Positions 17,608-27,424 of a stretch of 64,000 bases of DNA are shown here, in pieces. The translations under genes were made by a program, and so were the position numbers. Source of the stretch: Trypanosoma brucei (taxonomy: Eukaryota); the NCBI GenBank assembly GCA_000002445.1, contig CP000069.1:1088001-1152000 (forward strand), written 5' to 3'. Within the stretch, counting starts at the first letter, position 1, and every line of letters starts with the position of its first letter. The notes beneath the pieces are model-generated. The model was not told the DNA's origin and ran no database searches. It was given only the letters and a program-made list of their open reading frames with translations.

Positions 17608-19764
17608 TTAAGACACGCGGGTCCGGACAGTGCCGCCACAACTTCGCGTCCGGCGAGAGTTGCTGACACGACCAGGTGCGTTCGCGGAGATTCTTTCAAA
17701 CCCGTTGAGTCTCGAGTTGCCCATTTGAGTGGGTTTGTTGGATCTTGCCGTTTGCGCAGGTGTGGGAACGAACGTTCGCCGCCCCGAGGCTGCTTTCTTG
17801 AGATTTATCGCAGGAGGTTTGCATGCGGGTGCTGCACGCGGCGTTGCAACAGGCCTGACGGGACGAAGAAAGGATGGACGTTCCCTCGCAGATGTTGCAG
17901 TAGCGAAAGTCCTTACCGATTGCGTCACTGACGACTCCACTCGCTTGTTGGCGCCATTCGTATTGTGGCTAGTTACAGTATTGACGGCGGTATTGCTAAG
18001 CTGATGTCCCCGTTGCCTCGGTTTATTTGGTGAAACATTGTTTATAACACTAGCGATTCGCGAAGCTGAATGGGGTGCCTGCTTTTGTGAAGGGGGTAAA
18101 TCCTTGGGGAACGTTGGGGACGAAAAGCGCGGAACGACCTGCCTTGTCCGCGGAGACGAACACTTCGCTAATGGCGGTGTCGCTTCAATAAACGACGGTA
18201 CAGCGGCTGGACCACCATTTCCCGCAGAGCCGCGCACCGCTTTCAGCGTTGCCTTTTCACCTGCGCTTGTAGACGCAGCGGGGTAGCGGCTCGAAAGTAA
18301 CGGTTGCGAACCCGACGATGGTGACCTTACCCCATTAGATGATTTCCACCGTCGCGCAAGACCAAAAGAAGACCGCAAAAGCATAGAATAGAGTGCGTCA
18401 CGGTGAATTTTGCTAGCAACGTCCTCGTTTCGGCGATTCTCAGCATCACGCTGTGAAGCAGTGTCAATCAACTCCGCTAGCCTTGTCAAAACGCAAAGTT
18501 TGTTCTCTTGCATCTCTGGTGACTGCCATCCTCTTCCGGGAGTTGGGGAAATTTTAGTAAGTGCCTCACTTGCCGTAACAGAGTTCCCAAAATCTGGAAA
18601 GTACATGGGCCTCTCCGAGTCCTCGAGGTCCTGGTCGTTCGCGCGCCGAGCTGAAGACACGCTTACACTCAATCCCTCCACGCTCTTTCCACTACTGCTG
18701 CTTCTGAGACCGCTCCCACTGGCGGAAACCACCTTTTGCTTCCGACTGTTATGAATAATCCGCTGCTCTCTCCGTAGACTTTGCTGATGCTTGGAAACCA
18801 AATCAACTAAGTGGGTGGGCGCATCTGTACTCTCCACATGGGGAGACGGCTCCTCCTCAGCCGCCAACGGAGAACTGCAAACTGAAGAGTTATAAATTTG
18901 GGAATTAACAACCAACGCACGACTTCTGCACCACACGCCTGTCGCCAGACCTAACCTAATGCGTTCAATAGTATCGTTTATCCGAGACTCCAGTACATCT
19001 TCCCGCAAAACAGTACCATCGGCCTCACACAATACATTTAACTTTGAGAAGGTTGAATGAAGCAACCATTCCAAGTCACTGACCACTTCTTCAGGTTGAC
19101 GTTGCTCACCGCTGTGTGGCGCCAGTAACCAATCCCCAATAACCCACCGAGACCTATGGTTAGTTTCCGCCGCACCTGTTCGAACGTTTAGTTGCCTAAG
19201 AATTGAACTAAAACTCAAGTTACAATGAGGTGGCAACTGCATACATACAGATCCGTACTCCTCTACGCAGCTGAGAATATCCTCAAAGTCAGCCTCCTCA
19301 ATGAGTCGCCAGCCGGAACGTATGACATCTCCTAAAGATAAACCGGTGAAAGCTGAAAGAGACACGACAAAGCGCTCTCCACTGGATGGCAACTGACGCA
19401 CGTACGCGTCGACAGGAAGAGCTATTGACAGCGGTAAATCGCGTCGATGTGAGGCTGACACCAATGCTTCCAGCCTCTCCTGTTGTGCAAGCAGAAACGC
19501 ATCGTTAGTATTTGTGTCTTCCTCTGTTCGTGCACCTCGGTCCGTGGATGACGGCGCAATCTTTCTTGGTTCTTTCTGTGCCAGTGGAAGGCAGCGCAGC
19601 TCGTACATGCATTTAGTGTATTTATCTTTCGCACAGTAACGTGGTCCGTTTGCACTCTCCGCCGCGTCACTAATGCAGTTGCAGATGGTGAACATGGGGA
19701 AAAGCTCCGCAGTGTTTACCGACGGTGAGAGTAGCGAAAACGATGCTACTTCGGGCTCCTGCAT
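17608..19764 (-). CDS. Hypothetical protein with a Ser/Pro/Arg-rich, low-complexity C-terminal third
   Basis: A 718-aa minus-strand ORF with no recognisable catalytic motif. The C-terminal region is S/P/R/T-rich (SPSSGSQPLLSSRYPAASTSAGEK...PRFSSPTFPKDLPPSQKQAPHSASR), suggesting a disordered or RNA-associated tail. Its length argues for a real gene. Confidence 0.55.
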   Translation of the reverse strand: MQEPEVASFSLLSPSVNTAELFPMFTICNCISDAAESANGPRYCAKDKYTKCMYELRCLPLAQKEPRKIAPSSTDRGARTEEDTNTNDAFLLAQQERLEALVSASHRRDLPLSIALPVDAYVRQLPSSGERFVVSLSAFTGLSLGDVIRSGWRLIEEADFEDILSCVEEYGSVCMQLPPHCNLSFSSILRQLNVRTGAAETNHRSRWVIGDWLLAPHSGEQRQPEEVVSDLEWLLHSTFSKLNVLCEADGTVLREDVLESRINDTIERIRLGLATGVWCRSRALVVNSQIYNSSVCSSPLAAEEEPSPHVESTDAPTHLVDLVSKHQQSLRREQRIIHNSRKQKVVSASGSGLRSSSSGKSVEGLSVSVSSARRANDQDLEDSERPMYFPDFGNSVTASEALTKISPTPGRGWQSPEMQENKLCVLTRLAELIDTASQRDAENRRNEDVASKIHRDALYSMLLRSSFGLARRWKSSNGVRSPSSGSQPLLSSRYPAASTSAGEKATLKAVRGSAGNGGPAAVPSFIEATPPLAKCSSPRTRQVVPRFSSPTFPKDLPPSQKQAPHSASRIASVINNVSPNKPRQRGHQLSNTAVNTVTSHNTNGANKRVESSVTQSVRTFATATSARERPSFLRPVRPVATPRAAPACKPPAINLKKAASGRRTFVPTPAQTARSNKPTQMGNSRLNGFERISANAPGRVSNSRRTRSCGGTVRTRVS

Positions 19765-20868
19765 GCTACCAGCGTATGGGAACTAGAGAATAACGATAAC
19801 TGGTTAAAGAACACCCTTCCGCTACGCTTTCCAAAAGTGGCGATTGAACCACTTCCGGCACTAACTTTGAGTGGGTAAACAAGGAAATACACCACCTATA
19901 GATTTCTTTTTTAAAAAAAAGGAGCGGGAACAGGTTTGAATAGTAGTAACAGCCGAATAGGCATAAGAGACATTAAGAAATAGAAAGACAATATCACGGA
20001 AATGAGTTCAAGCTGATGTAAAGAGGATTCCGGCAAAAACTCTTATTGCAGAGCGCCTCCGATGAGCCCGTTGGCAGCTGCTATGCCGCATTTTCTCCAG
20101 TGCGCACCTTTTCTACTAATCCTTTAGTGGATTCTAGTTGCCGAAAAGTGAGTCTGGGGGTCATGCGACCGCCGCTGAGGGAGTTCACCGCCACCGCTTG
20201 CACTTAAAAAGGAGGAAAGGAAGAATCCCTTAAATCTTTCACCAACCCACCAAAGAAGCAACTGACGAAGTAAGGAAGTGGAAAGAGCAACGACCAAACT
20301 TAAAACTAAGAGACAAATATATATATAAATATATACTTGAATAAATCTTTAACCCTCAGTAACAACAAAGACAAACAAAACAGCTTTATTCAAGAAATTA
20401 AAGAGAGATCAAAAAGAAAGTCAAATACGGAGCATGAAACACAAAAAAGATATTATTAGTAAGCAGAGCAGCGGTAGTGTAAGAGAAAAAGTAAAGATAA
20501 GGCAAATGATAATGTGTGCAAAGCGAAACGAACACCAACGCATACAAAACAAACAGAAAAAGAAAAAAAAACATACACAAAAGTGTGAAAAAAAAACATG
20601 GAAGGTAAACACGTTCTTTGGCTATGAAGTAATAAAATTTACAGCTTTGATGCCTCCAGTGGCCATCCAAGGATGAACTTCATCACAAAAATTACGGAAG
20701 CTGAATATAGTTAACGACACCAAAAAGTATATTGTATTAATCGCGCATGACAAGCGAAGGGATGAATTGTTTTTGTTTTTCTCTCATTTTTTTCGTTCCT
20801 ACCCTCCTTTTGATCCCAATCACCTTTAAGTAAGTAAATGTGAGGTGTCCTTCACTTCCCTGTTTGGT

Positions 20869-22881
20869 TCACAAATGTGGAGCAACATCCCATGAAGGAA
20901 TCGACAAGTCTTCGTTAGCACCGATATCTCTTAAGGCGACAAGTTTAACAGACGAACTTGTCTCATCGACGACTACTTTACAGTTTGCTTCATTGAGTGA
21001 TACACGGCGCACCGCACCAAGCAGTTGGGGAAGATAATACAAGACCGAGCCGTTTTCGCAGTTTGAACCCTTTACCCCAACCGCAAAAACCGAGACGTAT
21101 TCGTATAGCGCGTAAAACAAGTGAAGCGAGAACATCTCTTTTTCGTCTTTTGTAAAGAAGGTAGTTAGGTTATCATACACCATATACACTTTCTTATTTA
21201 TGTTGCCTTGTGGATCCGCGTTAACCAATGGAAAGACACCAAGCTGCTGCAAAGCTGATTGCAAAGGTAAAACCCCATCGTTTCCCGACACACGTGGTTC
21301 GGAGAAACCTTCGTAGGAAGATACTGAATCTTGTTGCTCATCTTCACGCGAATTGTCCTGCTGGGCGCGTAGTCGTCCGTACGTGACGTAGACCATAAGG
21401 AACAACCGCGTTGCCATATACGTCAAATCAAACAATGTGCGTTTCTCCCCAGGGGCAGAGTTGACACCAATAAGATCACGTGCCCGGTCAACAGCAGCGC
21501 GGTGACGCCCGTATTCTATGCTAAAGAAAAGCGACGAGCGTTGACGGCATTCCTCGCTACAGAAGAGTGCTATGCGCTTACCCGGAAGAGGTGAACACTC
21601 CGCGGACACGGGCGTCAGACTAGAGGCAGGTTTGAGGCACACGCAACATCTATCAGACGGCTCTGACCAAGGGGACTCCATGGCGAGAATTATGCTGGCC
21701 TCAGCATAAACAATTTCCGATGCTCGGAAATAGCGACGGGCGACAAGTTGCTTCCTATACTGTCCATCAATGTAGAGTCCCAAACTGTCGACTGGCAGAG
21801 TTCCTTGGAGGGAAAGCATGAACGAATTCAGTTCCTCTACTGCGTGCAGCTCTTGCGAGTTCGGAAGCATCCGCAACGCGCACTTGACGTTGTCACATGC
21901 TTCCTTAAACTTTCCCATTCCACTTAAAGCACGTGCAGCACAGAGATACCCCTTTACCCAAAGTGGTTCAAGGGCTATAATCCGCTGAGCATCCGCCATC
22001 GCCTCTTCGTAGCGTCCAAGAGACACCTTGGCGCGGGAACGTAGAATCAATGAGCTCACCGTGACACTAGACTCATTCTCAAAGGTCTCTAAAAGGTGCA
22101 GTGCTTCTTCACCCCTTCCGCCGACGATATGATCCCGTATCTCCACTAACCGCGGAGATTGTACCTCTAAAATGTATAGAGACTCGTAATACTGACTGAC
22201 ACAGCGAAGCACTTCACAATTATTAGGACCATCTTGACAGCATCCAGGTTGGCTGGCAAAGTTTCCAAAAACCCGCAACAGTGGACCTGATCTGCTACTA
22301 TAACTTCCAGATTCCTCATACGCCTCTATAGGCTCAGTCGATAGACATATCCGTGGGAACGTCAGAGCATAGTCCAACTCGGCGTGATCATTGCGAAAAG
22401 CGACGAGTGTCATTTTACCGGAGTGCCGGACCACTGTCCCTCGTGACCTGCCATTACAAACAACGCGGTGTGACTCGCTCCAGTATTCCCGCAACAAATG
22501 GCAGACATCGTACTCATCCACAATCCACACAGAGGACCCTGCAGGAAGGGATTCCACTGGAAGTCGGGGAAGTTTCGGCCTCTTTCTGCGGCTAAACGTG
22601 AAGGCTGATTCGGGAATATAAAGTTGCGTTTTATCATCCCACTCCTCCTCACGCCCCTCATCATTATCCGCATGCTTGCCATCCAATTTTTCCCCTGTGC
22701 CGTTCATAATCTCCTCAATTGAAAAATTTTCCTTCACGGTACCCCAAACAGATTCGTCAAATGAGGTTTCAGCAGCCGCAGTCAATTTTTCATCACCAAC
22801 GTTAAGTAGTGAAAAGGGCTGCAAATCGGCCTCTTCCTCATCAATCGCTTCTTCCAAGTCAGGACACCCAGTGTGGGACAT
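20869..22881 (-). CDS. SET-domain-like protein with MYND-type zinc finger and TPR repeats (SMYD-like architecture), putative
   Basis: TPR-like repeats (VSLGRYEEAMADAQRIIALEPLWVKGYLCAARALSGMGKFKEACDNVKCALRM). A Cys cluster CCVCLKPASS...CSEEC resembles MYND. The C-terminal ...LNEANCKVVVDETSSSVKLVALRDIGANEDLSIPSWD resembles the SET post-core region (compare NHSCxPN...RAIRDIxxGEELxxSY). The first ATG of the ORF at 22929 lies inside a (CA)n tract, so the Met at 22879-22881 (MSHTGCPDLEE) is preferred. Confidence 0.5.
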   Translation of the reverse strand: MSHTGCPDLEEAIDEEEADLQPFSLLNVGDEKLTAAAETSFDESVWGTVKENFSIEEIMNGTGEKLDGKHADNDEGREEEWDDKTQLYIPESAFTFSRRKRPKLPRLPVESLPAGSSVWIVDEYDVCHLLREYWSESHRVVCNGRSRGTVVRHSGKMTLVAFRNDHAELDYALTFPRICLSTEPIEAYEESGSYSSRSGPLLRVFGNFASQPGCCQDGPNNCEVLRCVSQYYESLYILEVQSPRLVEIRDHIVGGRGEEALHLLETFENESSVTVSSLILRSRAKVSLGRYEEAMADAQRIIALEPLWVKGYLCAARALSGMGKFKEACDNVKCALRMLPNSQELHAVEELNSFMLSLQGTLPVDSLGLYIDGQYRKQLVARRYFRASEIVYAEASIILAMESPWSEPSDRCCVCLKPASSLTPVSAECSPLPGKRIALFCSEECRQRSSLFFSIEYGRHRAAVDRARDLIGVNSAPGEKRTLFDLTYMATRLFLMVYVTYGRLRAQQDNSREDEQQDSVSSYEGFSEPRVSGNDGVLPLQSALQQLGVFPLVNADPQGNINKKVYMVYDNLTTFFTKDEKEMFSLHLFYALYEYVSVFAVGVKGSNCENGSVLYYLPQLLGAVRRVSLNEANCKVVVDETSSSVKLVALRDIGANEDLSIPSWDVAPHL

Positions 22882-22894
22882 CACCAATGGTGGA

Positions 22895-22925
22895 GTAAAT
22901 ACACACAAACACAACACACACACAC
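22895..22925. repeat. (CA)n-like microsatellite at the 5' end of the SET/TPR gene
   Basis: Direct reading: cacacaaacacaacacacacacacacaagc. Confidence 0.8.
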
Positions 22926-23467
22926 ACAAGCAGTGGGTCCCTTTTCCAACCCAACGTAAATTAGTACCTAAAACGAAATAAAATAATAACCACTTTTATC
23001 TATTTTTATCTTTTTTTTCCGTTTTAAAGATAAATATATTTGTATGTATATATGCGTTAAATAAATGTGTAAAGAAAGAAAAAAAAGGTAAAAAAGAAAA
23101 CGGGGTAGATAGAGAGGTGACCTCCAACTCCTACCCTTGATACCTCACTGTTAAGCACCCGTCCTTCTTTCCCACGTCCTTAAGAATACCTCCACTACCA
23201 AAAGAAGATGTTTTCCACCACAAGAGGTACCTTAAGTGAGACCTTCGGGAACGGCGAGTCACCTTTGCCTATCAATGAATGTCCCCTAACACTACGTTAA
23301 AGAGAGAATAGAAACAATCAAAGCAGCAGAAGAAACAAAATATGACAGAGCATTCCTAACATGACAATAGCAACACAGTAAAACAATAAGAGCAATGGTT
23401 CCAAATTAATAATTGTATGGAAACAGCAATTTGGAAAACTCACAAACCTCTAACAACACGCAGTCAC

Positions 23468-24436
23468 CTAACCACCAGCCACAATGCTGAAATGATCTTT
23501 CGGCGGCTGCACAGTCCTAAAGTGTCTCCCCGGTTTGACTGGTACAACAGGGTCCGACTCAACCTTTCCCTCGCTGGCGGCAATCAAAACAATCGCCGCA
23601 GCGACAACAGAAGTTTCCACCACTTTTCGATGACGCATGTACGTTTCCATCAATTCCTCCCGCTTTTCCACCAGAGATTCATAGAACCATGTACGATTGC
23701 GATGGTGCTTCCCCCACGCAAATGCACGCTGGTACATGAAGTAGATACTTACTAGTGCTAAAACCAAATACAAGCGCAAAAACGTCGGACTTCGAGACGG
23801 TAGGTCACCGCTATCACTCAAACGGTCGACTCCACGTTGAAACACTGTCTTTGCGTTGTCTTCTTTCTCGAGGTCCAACGACCGCCTTCGTAACTCCTCC
23901 GTCATCTCTGATTTCGCAGAGAAAGAAGCGTAGCGCGGCTGTTGTGCGCGCACTAATGGCCTGTCGAGCTCTACCCACTTGCCATCATCACGGTTTTGGT
24001 AAATATACTTCCCAGTAGGTGTCACACGCTCAGTAGAGGGATCAAGAGCGCTTAACTTGGCACATTCTTCTTCTGACAAGGTGGCACTCACATGTTCTTC
24101 CGATTGTTGTAACTGTTCAGTGGAGATGGGACTCGGCCAACGCGTCTCAGCATTAGGTTTTTGGCCAACTAACTTCGAGCGCAGCTGCTCATACGCTCCC
24201 TCTTTTAGTAAGAAATTATAAGCCTTATTTATTCGCTCCATTTTTTCACTGTCACCAGTTCCTGAGTCTGGATGGTGAAGTCGAGCCAACTCTCGATAAC
24301 GCATCTTCACCTCCGCCTTCGTAGCTGTGCGGGCAAGACCCAAAACCGCAAAAGGGTCTTTTGAAAGCAAAAAAAACGACGAGCGCATACTATCAAATAC
24401 GAAGGCACTCACCGCGAGCACAACACAAGCGGTCAC
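23468..24436 (-). CDS. J-domain (DnaJ/HSP40-like) membrane protein
   Basis: J domain with the HPD tripeptide: DPFAVLGLARTATKAEVKMRYRELARLHHPDSGTGDSEKMERINKAYNFLL. It has a hydrophobic N-terminus (MTACVVLAVSAFVF) and a C-terminal TM segment (FLRLYLVLALVSIYFMY), with none of the G/F or zinc-finger regions found in type I/II J-proteins. Confidence 0.75.
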   Translation of the reverse strand: MTACVVLAVSAFVFDSMRSSFFLLSKDPFAVLGLARTATKAEVKMRYRELARLHHPDSGTGDSEKMERINKAYNFLLKEGAYEQLRSKLVGQKPNAETRWPSPISTEQLQQSEEHVSATLSEEECAKLSALDPSTERVTPTGKYIYQNRDDGKWVELDRPLVRAQQPRYASFSAKSEMTEELRRRSLDLEKEDNAKTVFQRGVDRLSDSGDLPSRSPTFLRLYLVLALVSIYFMYQRAFAWGKHHRNRTWFYESLVEKREELMETYMRHRKVVETSVVAAAIVLIAASEGKVESDPVVPVKPGRHFRTVQPPKDHFSIVAGG

Positions 24437-24830
24437 AAAGCAACCCTAAGAGTGTACTTTCAATACAATCAAAAAGTAATATTGTGCTTTCAGCTGGAGT
24501 ACAGCGGAAACACACTATAGAAAGAAAACAATAATAATAAGAGTAATTTCTTTTTTAAAGAATTGTTTCACGGGGGAAACCAATAATAGTAAAATATAAA
24601 CAAATTTAAAAATCTTATAAAATTACTTATCAAAACCCCTTCAAACACTTTTAAAAAAGTCAATATCATTATATATTTGCCTAAAATTATAATAGCGAAA
24701 AAAAACGCTCAAAGTACAATAATAAAAAACCTTAAACCACAAATATTATGCCGTCAATTCGACCGACCGGCACAATCATTGAAGAAAAAACGACCGAAGA
24801 TAACACACACACAAAAAAAAATTACACCTC

Positions 24831-26910
24831 CATAAAATAGGCGTAAACATTTTTTTAAAAATGACTCAGTAATGCATCCACCAACATTTCACTTACTCCT
24901 TCTTTTCACCAGATGCCTGCTGCTGTTGTTGCTCACCCTGACCTTCTGTGCTGCTGCTACCAGAGCTACCGCTGTTCGCTGCTGCCGCCTGTTGGTACTC
25001 CGTGCGACCACATTCCATCACTGCCTTTTGCAGTTTGTCAGTAGAAGCCGACAGTTCATCCTTCGTCACGTTTGGATTCTCCATCACCTTGCGAAGTTCA
25101 GCCAAAAGGGTACGCACATTCTCCTTCTCAGCGTCCGTCACGTACTTCCATTCCGTCAGTTGTCGCTCAGCAGTGTTAGCCTGAGTCTCAGCATTGTTAC
25201 GCACTTCCACAAGCTCCCGCTTCACACGGTCAGCTTCAGCGTGCATCTCAGAGTCGCGGATCATGTTCTCGATCTGCTCCTTCGTCAACCCACCATGAGC
25301 AGTAATGGTGATGTTCTGTGTTTTCCCAGTTGCCTTGTCCTTCGCAGTTACGTGACAAATACCATTAGCATCAATGTCAAATGTCACCTCAATTTGTGGT
25401 ACACCGCGTGGTGCAGGAGGAATTCCAACGAGGTCAAACTGACCCATCATTTGGTTGTCAGATGCCATTTCTCGTTCCCCTTGGAACACTTTGATTCCGA
25501 CCTGTGTTTGGTTGTCCGCAGCAGTTGAGAAGGTTTGACTCTTCTTCGTCGGGATTGTTGTGTTCTTGGGAATCATACGTGTGAAGACACCACCAAGTGT
25601 TTCGATTCCAAGTGATAGTGGTGTAACGTCAAGCAATACAAGACCCTTCACATCACCACGGAGAACACCACCAAGTGTTGCAGCACCCAGTGCAACGGCC
25701 TCGTCAGGGTTCACACCACGGAACGGTTCGCGACCGAAGAACTGCTTCACAGCCTCCACAACCTTTGGCATACGCGTCATACCACCAACAAGCACAACCT
25801 CAGAGATTTCCTTCAGGTCAACAGCAGCGTCCTTGATGCATTGCTTGCACGGTCCAAGTGAACGTTGTACGAGCTTATCAGCAAGGGACTCAAACTTGCT
25901 GCGGCTCACCATCATCTGCACGTGCTGCGCTCCGTCCTGGTTAGCTGTGATAAACGGAAGGTTTACCTCCGTCTCCATCGTCGTCGAAAGTTCACACTTC
26001 GCCTTTTCTGCAGCCTCACGAATACGCTGCAGTGCCATCCGCTCCTTGCTCAAGTCAATTCCAGATGTCTTGCGGAATTCCTCCAGAATGTGATCAGAGA
26101 GGCAGAGATCAAAGTCTTCTCCACCAAGGTGAGTGTCGCCATTCGTTGCCTTTACCTCAAAAACACCTCCGGCAATTTCAAGTACGGAGATATCAAATGT
26201 TCCACCACCAAGATCATACACGGCAATTAAGCTGTCCTTCGTTTTGTCCAAGCCATATGCCAGTGCAGCAGCAGTCGGTTCATTCACAACACGGATCACA
26301 TTCAGTCCAGCAATCGTACCGGCATCCTTCGTTGCCTGACGTTGCGCGTCATTGAAGTACGCGGGGCACGTCACCACAGCGTTAGATACTTTGCGTCCCA
26401 GGAAGTTTTCTGCCGTTTCCTTCATCTTCTCAAGTACGAATGCACCAACTTGTGAAGGTGAGTATTGCTTCCCATTCCCATCTTGCACCCACGCATCACC
26501 ATTATTGCTCCGAATAATCTTGTAGGGCACATTCTTGATGTCGTGTTGGATGTGCTCATCATCGAAGCGACGACCAATCAGCCGTTTCACCGCGAAGAAT
26601 GTCGACTGTGGGTTCGTAATCGCCTGACGTTTCGCTGCAAGGCCAACAAGTTTTTCCTGTCCTTTGAACGCAACCACAGACGGTGTCGTCCTGAAACCCT
26701 CTGTATTCTCAAGTACGCGTGGCCGGTCACCTTCCATTACTGCAACACAACTGTATGTCGTACCCAAATCAATACCAATCACGTCACCAGTTACCTTCGA
26801 TGACTGCCACCGCGCAAACGGGGCAGACGCCAGGCACATGGGTGCGCATACACGACGGGCCAACATTTTATTACTTCACAAACTACTTCTTACCTTAGAA
26901 ATACTTTACC
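24831..26910 (-). repeat. mtHSP70 repeat unit, copy 1 (CDS plus about 60 bp shared 3' flank and about 45 bp shared 5' flank)
   Basis: Its 3' flank cataaaataggcgtaaacatttttttaaaaatgactcagtaatgcatcc is shared with copy 3 (38346-38407). Its 5' flank ttttattacttcacaaactacttcttaccttagaaatactttacc is shared with copies 2 and 3, then diverges after 26910. Confidence 0.85.
24893..26866 (-). CDS. Mitochondrial-type HSP70 (DnaK-like, HSPA9/mortalin homologue), copy 1 of 3
   Basis: 657 aa, with an N-terminal presequence-like [24 protein letters not shown]70 signatures are present: [25 protein letters not shown] and [19 protein letters not shown]-terminal substrate-binding domain and a Gly/Gln-rich tail ...[14 protein letters not shown] follow. 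Organellar/DnaK-type traits include the gap pattern and GDAWV. The protein sequence is identical in copies 2 and 3. Confidence 0.95.
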   Translation of the reverse strand: MLARRVCAPMCLASAPFARWQSSKVTGDVIGIDLGTTYSCVAVMEGDRPRVLENTEGFRTTPSVVAFKGQEKLVGLAAKRQAITNPQSTFFAVKRLIGRRFDDEHIQHDIKNVPYKIIRSNNGDAWVQDGNGKQYSPSQVGAFVLEKMKETAENFLGRKVSNAVVTCPAYFNDAQRQATKDAGTIAGLNVIRVVNEPTAAALAYGLDKTKDSLIAVYDLGGGTFDISVLEIAGGVFEVKATNGDTHLGGEDFDLCLSDHILEEFRKTSGIDLSKERMALQRIREAAEKAKCELSTTMETEVNLPFITANQDGAQHVQMMVSRSKFESLADKLVQRSLGPCKQCIKDAAVDLKEISEVVLVGGMTRMPKVVEAVKQFFGREPFRGVNPDEAVALGAATLGGVLRGDVKGLVLLDVTPLSLGIETLGGVFTRMIPKNTTIPTKKSQTFSTAADNQTQVGIKVFQGEREMASDNQMMGQFDLVGIPPAPRGVPQIEVTFDIDANGICHVTAKDKATGKTQNITITAHGGLTKEQIENMIRDSEMHAEADRVKRELVEVRNNAETQANTAERQLTEWKYVTDAEKENVRTLLAELRKVMENPNVTKDELSASTDKLQKAVMECGRTEYQQAAAANSGSSGSSSTEGQGEQQQQQASGEKKE

Positions 26911-27424
26911 TCCGAGAAAATATCTAAGAAGTATGCATGTCATATGATATAGAATAAAAAGGAATATCTCATATATTGAAATCAATGAATCTCTTCTATA
27001 ATTGAAGACGTTACAACTGCGTTTCAGATATGAGTGTATATGTAATAATAAAATTCGTAGTGATGTAATAATAATGTTGTATGGATCGGCTCCCTTCACG
27101 CTCAAAAATCACCAGGTACAGTTGAACTTTGTCGCAGCACCCAACAACAATCAACAAGGATTCGTTTATAACCCTCCAGTTTTCGTTCCTCAATTGTGCA
27201 GATAAACATATAGTGAAACGATAAAACTGAAGCACCCCACACTTCACTAGAAGAAATGAGGACAATAACTTAATAATACCCCATTATCCAAATTCGTTGC
27301 ACCATTTATCAAGTAGATCACAAGCCGGTCAAATTAAAGAAACAAAAAAAGCAATAAAACATAATAGTAATGATAATAATACTCCTTGATAGTAAAAAAC
27401 GTTAAAAAATCAGTTAGAAAAAAA

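Noticed and set aside
24872-25528. Plus-strand ORFs of 78-233 aa running antisense through each HSP70 copy (for example 24872-25528, 27386-28087, 38387-39043, 25560-26093, 26032-26355)
   Set aside because: They are exact antisense images of a highly expressed, codon-biased (GC3-rich) gene, triplicated only because the HSP70 gene is triplicated. Their products are low-complexity ([19 protein letters not shown]...) and they sit on the non-coding strand of a unidirectional polycistron.
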